Position numbers and translations under genes: made by a program. 64,000 bases of DNA from Balanoglossus misakiensis. Lineage: Eukaryota; Animalia; Hemichordata. The notes below the pieces were generated by a model that worked only from the letters and a program-made list of their open reading frames with translations, did no database searches and was not told the origin of the DNA. The stretch lies in contig CM082584.2 in the NCBI GenBank assembly GCA_040954595.2, forward strand, positions 1,643,344 to 1,707,343, read 5' to 3'. Below, in pieces: positions 55,720 to 64,000 of the stretch (positions are counted from its first letter, which is position 1; each line of letters opens with the position of its first letter).

Positions 55720-56200
55720 AAACTCCACTTCTCCATTCTTCCACTTCTCCATCCTTTAGGTTGATGCTCCATCCATCCATCCATCAAAGTTTATATTAGT
55801 AGGTTGACTATGGTTGACACGCCGCTTCATCCATCCATCAAATTTTACGTTAGTAGGTTGATTATGGTGTTACCAGTGAGCCCTACAGGAAAAAAAGAGG
55901 AAAAAACAGAGAAAAAAACTCCACTTCTCCATCCTTCCACTTCTCCATCATTTAAGTTGACGCTCCGCAGCACCATCCATCCATCAAAGTTTATATTTTA
56001 GTAGGTTGACTATGGTTGACGCTCCGCTCCATCCATCCATCAAAGTTTATATTAGTAGGTTGACTATGGTTGACGCTCCATCCATCCTCCATCAAAGTTT
56101 ATATTAGTAGGTTGACTATGGTTGACACTCCGCTCTCTCCATCCATCAAATTTTACGTTAGTAGGTTGATTATGGTGTTACCATTGGGGCCTACAGGAAA
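55720..56200 (+). repeat. ~50-55-bp minisatellite
   Basis: ccatccatcaaagtttatattagtaggttgactatggttgac occurs about 6 times in two blocks. Confidence 0.85.
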
Positions 56201-56889
56201 AAAAAAGAAAAAAAAAGAGAAAAGAAAGAAGAGGAAAAAGTAAAAAAGAAAGAGAGAGAGAGAAGAAGAAGAGTACCGGTGGGACCTACAGAAAAAAAAA
56301 AGAATGAAAGAATTAAAAACATGAAATCAATAAAATCAATGATAATGATAGGATTAATGTGGCAAGCTCGCCCAAACCAACATACTGCGGTGCAATTAAG
56401 GTGCAACCAACATTGGCTAGGTCAAAGCAGTTCCTATGGATACCAGAGAGTGCCAATGCTGTATCTGCTATGTAAATAGGAAAGCTGATCAAAGGTCACC
56501 AAGAGCTCACCCAAAATTGTCAACAATTTTTTCTTCCAAAATAATCAGCATTAAATGAAAAACAAGACTTCTGGCTCTATTGGTTAACCTGGTAATTAGG
56601 TGTTCCAGCCCTCAAAATTTGAAGGTTATCATTGGTCAAGAAATTCAGATTAAGTCCAATAGTAGAGCATGTTAATAAAAAATTCAACCTGTAACAATAT
56701 AGGTAAGCTCAGCATTAGTTATTCACATATTTAATAAGCTCAACATTGGTCCAGTGGATTCCAAATGTAACAAAAAAGCTAAGTCCCATACTTGTCCATA
56801 TACATCAAAAACCAAACCTCTAGTGCTATTAGTCTAGGCGCCATAAGATATTCAGAAAAGAATACAGGTGCCAAACTTAGGACAAAGTT

Positions 56890-58860
56890 CAATGCCAATG
56901 TTATCAAAAAAATTGGGTTATGTCCTGGCAGCAGTACTATTCGTGTGAAAAAAATCATCACCATTGTGCTTTTCAACAAGAGGCATATCCACGAATAATT
57001 AATGAGTAGGCCAGAAATAGGAAATCTTAGTTTTAAATCGTTGTTCAGAAAATCCAATTTGACTCCAATAAGGTTTAACCAATCACAATTCACTTGAAAA
57101 CTAGATTAGTAAAAGATTTTTGAAGTTTTTAATGAGATTTTTAAAAAATCCATAAGGCACCAAAAGTCACATGACCACTAATGATATTTTTGTCAAACTT
57201 TCAATCGCACAGTAAATTAGAACTTGATTGGCCCTGTATATTATGAAAATTTCAACTTTTAAAGCTTATTAGAAAAGCCAATATGGCCGCCATGAAGAAG
57301 ACAATTAAAACTAAAAGTAGCATTGGAGTGGCCAAAGCGGTTAGCATGGTTCCAACAGAAAGCAAAGGCTGTATCTGTTGTGGATGCCTAGAAATGGTAA
57401 AGTAAGCTAGAGGTGATGCAAAATGTGCCAACAAAATTTGATACCAAACTGATCAGTGTCCAACAAAAAGCAGACTTCTACGCTTTATTGGTTAACTTTA
57501 AATAGCTTATATACATAATTATTGTGTTAAGGTTAATACATGTACTTCATTAGGTGTTCCGGTCCTCTAAATTTAACAGCTGTATATGCTGTGCATACCA
57601 AGTTTTGGAAATTTGGATCAAGGGTCATTGCCAAAATTATCAAAATATTTGGGTTATGTCCTGGCAGCAATAAAACTCATGTGAACAAAATCATGACTGT
57701 TGTGCTTTTTAAAAAGAGACACACCCAAGTAGATCAAGGGTCATTGCCAAAATTATCAAAATATTTGGGTTAAGTCCTGGCAGCAATAAAACTCATGTGA
57801 CCACAATCATGACTGTTATGCTTTTTAACAAGAGCCATATCCACATAAAATTAAGTTCTGGAATTACTGGGTCAAATGACATGCGAGAGTTGCCAACAAA
57901 TTGTTGGCAAAAACTAATTTGTTTGTTTTCAATGAGTAGGCTAGAAATAGGAAATCTTAGTTTTTAATCAGTGTTCAGAGAAATCCAATTTGGCTCCAAT
58001 AAGGTGACACCAATCACATTTCACTTGAAAACTTGATTAGAAAACGTCTGTTTGAATTTTTTATGAGTTTTTTCAAAATTCCAATAAGGCATTCAAAGTC
58101 ACATGGCTGCTAACGATATTATTGTCAAACTTTTAACTGCACAGTATGGATCAAAGAACATGTGAAAGTTGCCAAAATATGTAACGTATTCTAATCATAT
58201 GGTGACTCGTATCCATATAAGGAAATTGTGTGCTTTCAATGAGTAGGCTAGAAATAGGGAATTTTAGTTTTTAATCGGGGTTCAGAAAATCCAATTTAGC
58301 TCTGATAAGGTTACACCAATCACAATTCACTTGAAAACTTGATTAGAAAAAGATTTTTTGTAATTTTTTAATGAGATTTTTAAAAAATCTAATAAGGCAC
58401 CAAAAGTCACATGACCACTAATGATATTTTTGTCAAACTTTCAACCCTACAGTAAACTACAATTTGATTGGCCCTGTAGTTTATGAAAATGTCAACTTTT
58501 AAAAGTTATTAGAAAATCCAATATGGCCGCCATGAAGAAGACAATTAGAGCTACAAGCAGCATTGGAGTGGCCAAAGTGGTTAGCATGGTTCCAACAGAA
58601 AGCAAAGGCTGTATCTGTTGTGGATGCCTAGAAATGGTAAAGTACGCCAGAGGTGATGCAAAATGTGCCAACAAAATTTGATACCAAACTGATCAGTGTC
58701 CAACAACAAGCAGACTTCTACGCTTTATTGGTTAACTTTAAATAGCTTATATACATAATTATTGTGTTAAGATTAATACATGTATTTCATTAGGTGTTCC
58801 GGTCCTCTAAATTTAAAAGCTGTATCTGCTGTGCATACCAAGTTTTGGAAATGTAGATCA
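56890..58860 (+). repeat. ~1.24-kb tandem duplication containing seed monomers of satellite 3
   Basis: ORF pair 57252/58492 (offset 1240). aatgagtagg.tagaaatagg occurs at 57001, 57931 and 58238. Confidence 0.88.
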
Positions 58861-61800
58861 AGGGTCATTGCCAAAATTATCAAAATATTTGGGTTATGCC
58901 CTGGCAGCAGTAGTACTTGTGTGAACAAATCATGACTGTTGTGCTTTTAACAAGAGACATATCCAAGTAGATCAAGGGTCATTGCCAAAATTATCAAAAT
59001 ATTTGGTATATGTCCTGGCAGCAATAAAATTCATGTTAACAAAATCATGACTGATGTGCTTTTTAACAAGAGACATATCCAAGTAGATCAAGGGTCATTG
59101 CCAAACTTATCAAAATATTTGGGTTATGTCCTGGCAGCAATAAAACTCGTGTGAACACAATCATGACTGTTGTGCTTTTTAACAAGAGACATATCCAAGA
59201 AGATCAAAAGTCATTACCAAAATTATCAAAATATTTGGGTTATGTCCTGGCAGCAATAAAACTCATGTGAACACAATCATGACTGTTGTGCTTTTTAACA
59301 AGAGACATATCCAAGTAGATCAAGGGTCATTGCCAAAATTATCAAAATATTTGGGTTATGTCCTGGCAGCAATAAAACTCGTGTGAACACAATCATGACT
59401 GTTGTGCTTTTTAACAAGAGACATATCGAAGTAGGTCAAGGGTCATTGCCAAAATTATCAAAATATTTGGGTTATGTCCTGGCAGCAATAGTAGTCACGT
59501 AAACAAAATCATGACTGTTGGGCTTTTTATCAAGAGACATAACCAAGTAGTTCAAGGGTCATTGCCATAATTATCAAAATATTTAGGTTATGTCCTGGCA
59601 GCAATAAAACTCATGTGAACAAAATAATGACTGTTGTGCTTTTTAACAAGAGACATATCCAAGTAGATCAAGAGTCATTGCCAAAATTATCAAAATATTT
59701 GGTGTTTGTCCTGGCAGCAATAAAACTCATGTTAACAAAATCATGACTGATGTGCTTTTTAACAAGAGACATATCCAAGTAGATCAAGGGTCATTGCCAA
59801 AATTATCAAAATATTTGGGTTAAGTCCTGGCAGCAATAGTAGTCACGTAAACAAAATCATGACTGTTGTGCTTTTTAACAAGAGACATATCCAAGTAGAT
59901 CAAGGGTCATGGCCAAAATTATAAAAAAATATTTGGGTTATGTCCTGGCAGCAATAAAACTTGTGTGAACACAATCATGACTGTTGTGCTTTTTAACAAG
60001 AGACATATCCAAGTAGATCAAGGGTCATTGCCAAAATTATCAAAATATTTGGGTTATGTCCTGGCAGCAATAGTAGTCACGTAAACAAAATCATGACTGT
60101 TGGGCTTTTTATCAAGAGACATAACCAAGTAGTTCAAGGGTCATTGCCATAATTATCAAAATATTTAGGTTATGTCCTGGCAGCAATAAAACTCATGTGA
60201 ACAAAATAATGACTGTTGTGCTTTTTAACAAGAGACATATCCAAGTAGATCAAGAGTCATTGCCAAAATTATCAAAATATTTGGTGTTTGTCCTGGCAGC
60301 AATAAAACTCATGTTAACAAAATCATGACTGATGTGCTTTTTAACAAGAGACATATCCAAGTAGATCAAGGGTCATTGCCAAAATTATCAAAATATTTGG
60401 GTTAAGTCCTGGCAGCAATAGTAGTCACGTAAACAAAATCATGACTGTTGTGCTTTTTAACAAGAGACATATCCAAGTAGATCAAGGGTCATGGCCAAAA
60501 TTATAAAAAAATATTTGGGTTATGTCCTGGCAGCAATAAAACTTGTGTGAACACAATCATGACTGTTGTGCTTTTTAACAAGGGACATATCCAAGTAGAT
60601 CAAGGGTCATTGCCAAAATTATCAAAATATTTGGGTTATGTCATGTCAGCAATAAAACTCATGTAGATCCAGAGTCATTGCCAAAATTATCAAAATATTT
60701 GGTATATGTCCTGGCAGCAATAAAATTCATGTTAACAAAATCATGACTGATGTGCTTTTTAACAAGAGACATATCCAAGCAGATCAAGGGTCATTGCCAA
60801 AATTATCAAAATATTTGAGTTATGTCCTGGCAGGAATAAAACTCATGTTAACAAAATCATGACTGATGTGCTTTTTAACAAGAGACATATCCAAGTAGAT
60901 CAAGGGTCATTGCCAAAATTATCAAAATATTTGGGTTATGTCCTGACAGCAATAAAACTCGTGTGAACACAATCATGACTGTTGTGCTCTTTAACAAGAG
61001 ACATATCAAAGAAGATCAAGGGTCATTGCCATAATTATCAAAATATTTGGGTAATGTCCTGGCAGCAATAAAACTCATGTGAACAAAATAATGACTGTTG
61101 TGCTTTTTAACAAGAGACATATCCAAGTAGATCAAGAGTCATTGGCAAAATTATCAAAATATTTGGGTTATGTCCTGGCAGCAATAGTAGTCACGTAAAC
61201 AAAATCATGACTGTTGTGCTTTTTAACAAGAGACATATCCAAGTAGATCAAGGGTCATGGCCAAAATTATAAAAAATATTTGGGTTATGTCCTGGCAGCA
61301 ATAAAACTTGTGTGAACACAATCATGACTGTTGTGCTTTTTAACAAGAGACATATCCAAGTAGATCAAGGGTCATTGCCAAAATTATCAAAATATTTGGG
61401 TTATGTCATGTCACCAATAAAACTCATGTAGATCCAGAGTCATTGCCAAAATTATCAAAATATTTGGGTTATGTCCTGACAGCAATAAAACTCGTGTGAA
61501 CACAATCATGACTGTTGTGCTCTTTAACAAGAGACATATCAAAGAAGATCAAGGGTCATTGCCATAATTATCAAAATATTTGGGTTATGTCCTGGCAGCA
61601 ATAAAACTCATGTGAACAAAATAATGACTGTTGTGCTTTTTAACAAGAGACATATCCAAGTAGATCAAGAGTCATTGGCAAAATTATCAAAATATTTGGT
61701 ATATGTCCTGGCAGCAATAAAACGCATGTGAGCACAATCATGACTGTTGTGCTTTTTATCAAGAGACATATCCAAGTAGATCAAGGGTCATTGCCCAAAT

Positions 61801-64000
61801 TATCAAAATATTTGGGTTAAGTCCTGGCAGCAATAGTAGTCACGTAAACAAAATCATGACTGTTGTGCTTTTTAACAAGAGACATATCCAAGTAGATCAA
61901 GGGTCATGGCCAAAATTATCAAAATATTTGGGGTATGTCCTGGCAGCAATAAAACTCGTGTGAACACAATCATGACTGTTGTGCTTTTTATCAAGAGACA
62001 TATCCAAGTAGATCAAGGGTCATTGCCAAGATTATCAAAATATTTGGGTTAAGTCATGGCAGCAATAGTAGTCACGTAAACAAAATCATGACTGTTGTGC
62101 TTTTTAACAAGAGACATATCCAAGTAGATCAAGGGTCATGGCCAAAATTATAAAAAATATTTGGGTTATGTCCTGGCAGCAATAAAACTTGTGTGAACAC
62201 AATCATGACTGTTGTGCTTTTTAACAAGAGACATATCCAAGTAGATCAAGGGTCATTGCCAAAATTATCAAAATATTTGGGTTATGTCATGTCAGCAATA
62301 AAACTCATGTGAACAAAATAATGACTGTTGTGCTTTTTAACAAGAGACATATCCAAGTATATCAAGAGTCATTGGCAAAATTATCAAAATATTTGGGTTA
62401 TGTCCTGGCAGCAATAGTAGTCACGTAAACAAAATCATGACTGTTGTGCTTTTTAACAAGAGACATATCCAAGTAGATCAAGGGTCACGGCCAAAATTAT
62501 AAAAAATATTTGGGTTATGTCCTGGCAGCAATAAAACTTGTGTGAACACAATCATGACTGTTGTGCTTTTTAACAAGAGACATATCCAAGTAGATCAAGG
62601 GTCATTGCCAAAATTATCAAAATATTTGGGTTATGTCATGTCAGCAATAAAACTCATGTAGATCTAGAGTCATTGCCAAAATTATCAAAATATTTGGTAT
62701 ATGTCCTGGCAGCAATAAAATTCATGTTAACAAAATCATGACTGATGTGCTTTTTAACAAGAGACATATCCAGGTAGATCAAGGGTCATTGCCAAAATTA
62801 TCAAAATATTTGGGTTATGTCCTGGCAGCAATAAAACTCATGTTAACAAAATCATGACTGATGTGCTTTTTAACAAGAGACATATCCAAGTAGATCAAGG
62901 GTCATTGCCAAAATTATCAAAATATTTGGGTTATGTCCTGACAGCAATAAAACTCGTGTGAACACAATCATGACTGTTGTGCTCTTTAACAAGAGACATA
63001 TCAAAGAAGATCAAGGGTCATTGCCATAATTATCAAAATATTTGGGTTATGTCCTGGGAGCAATAAAACTCATGTGAACAAAATAATGACTGTTGTGCTT
63101 TTTAACAAGAGACATATCCAAGTAGATCAAGAGTCATTGGCAAAATTATCAAAATATTTGGTATATGTCCTGGCAGCAATAAAACGCATGTGAGCACAAT
63201 CATGACTGTTGTGCTTTTTATCAAGAGACATATCCAAGTAGATCAAGGGTCATTGCCCAAATTATCAAAATATTTGGGTTAAGTCCTGGCAGCAATAGTA
63301 GTCACGTAAACAAAATCATGACTGTTGTGCTTTTTAACAAGAGACATATCCAAGTAGATCAAGGGTCATGGCCAAAATTATCAAAATATTTGGGGTATGT
63401 CCTGGCAGCAATAAAACTCGTGTGAACACAATCATGACTGTTGTGCTTTTTATCAAGAGACATATCCAAGTAGATCAAGGGTCATTGCCAAGATTATCAA
63501 AATATTTGGGTTAAGTCATGGCAGCAATAGTAGTCACGTAAACAAAATCATGACTGTTGTGCTTTTTAACAAGAGACATATCCAAGTAGATCAAGGGTCA
63601 TGGCCAAAATTATAAAAAATATTTGGGTTATGTCCTGGCAGCAATAAAACTTGTGTGAACACAATCATGACTGTTGTGCTTTTTAACAAGAGACATATCC
63701 AAGTAGATCAAGGGTCATTGCCAAAATTATCAAAATATTTGGGTTATGTCATGTCAGCAATAAAACTCATGTGAACAAAATAATGACTGTTGTGCTTTTT
63801 AACAAGAGACATATCCAAGTATATCAAGAGTCATTGGCAAAATTATCAAAATATTTGGGTTATGTCCTGGCAGCAATAGTAGTCACGTAAACAAAATCAT
63901 GACTGTTGTGCTTTTTAACAAGAGACATATCCAAGTAGATCAAGGGTCACGGCCAAAATTATAAAAAATATTTGGGTTATGTCCTGGCAGCAATAAAACT
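58853..64000 (+). repeat. Satellite 3, 116-bp monomer, continuing past the window end
   Basis: gatca occurs at 59086, 59202 and 59318. Unit tagatcaagggtcattgccaaaattatcaaaatatttgggttatgtcctggcagcaataaaactc...; higher-order offsets of ~582 and 1462 bp. Confidence 0.97.

Overview
Repeat-rich, heterochromatin-like animal DNA, probably from a marine invertebrate (inferred from the element types). It contains no recognisable host gene. Three satellite arrays (~81-bp, ~196-bp and 116-bp monomers) surround a nest of transposons. The main finding is a 5,371-bp DNA transposon at 21922-27292. Its ends are fixed exactly by an empty paralogous site at 38609-38611 in the same window. It has a 3-bp TTA target-site duplication (TSD) and bipartite 37-bp terminal inverted repeats (TIRs) beginning CAC. 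It carries two convergent genes: a RAG1/Transib-like DDE transposase with two premature stops and apparently without the usual core Zn ligands, and an intact 217-aa ORF that does not resemble RAG2. The window also holds a decayed Gmr1-type LTR retrotransposon (integrase before RT, tRNA-Pro primer-binding site), several MITEs, a SINE-like fragment, a HINE-like fragment and a zero-spacer inversion point in the first satellite. All protein family calls come from motif comparison by eye; no searches were run.
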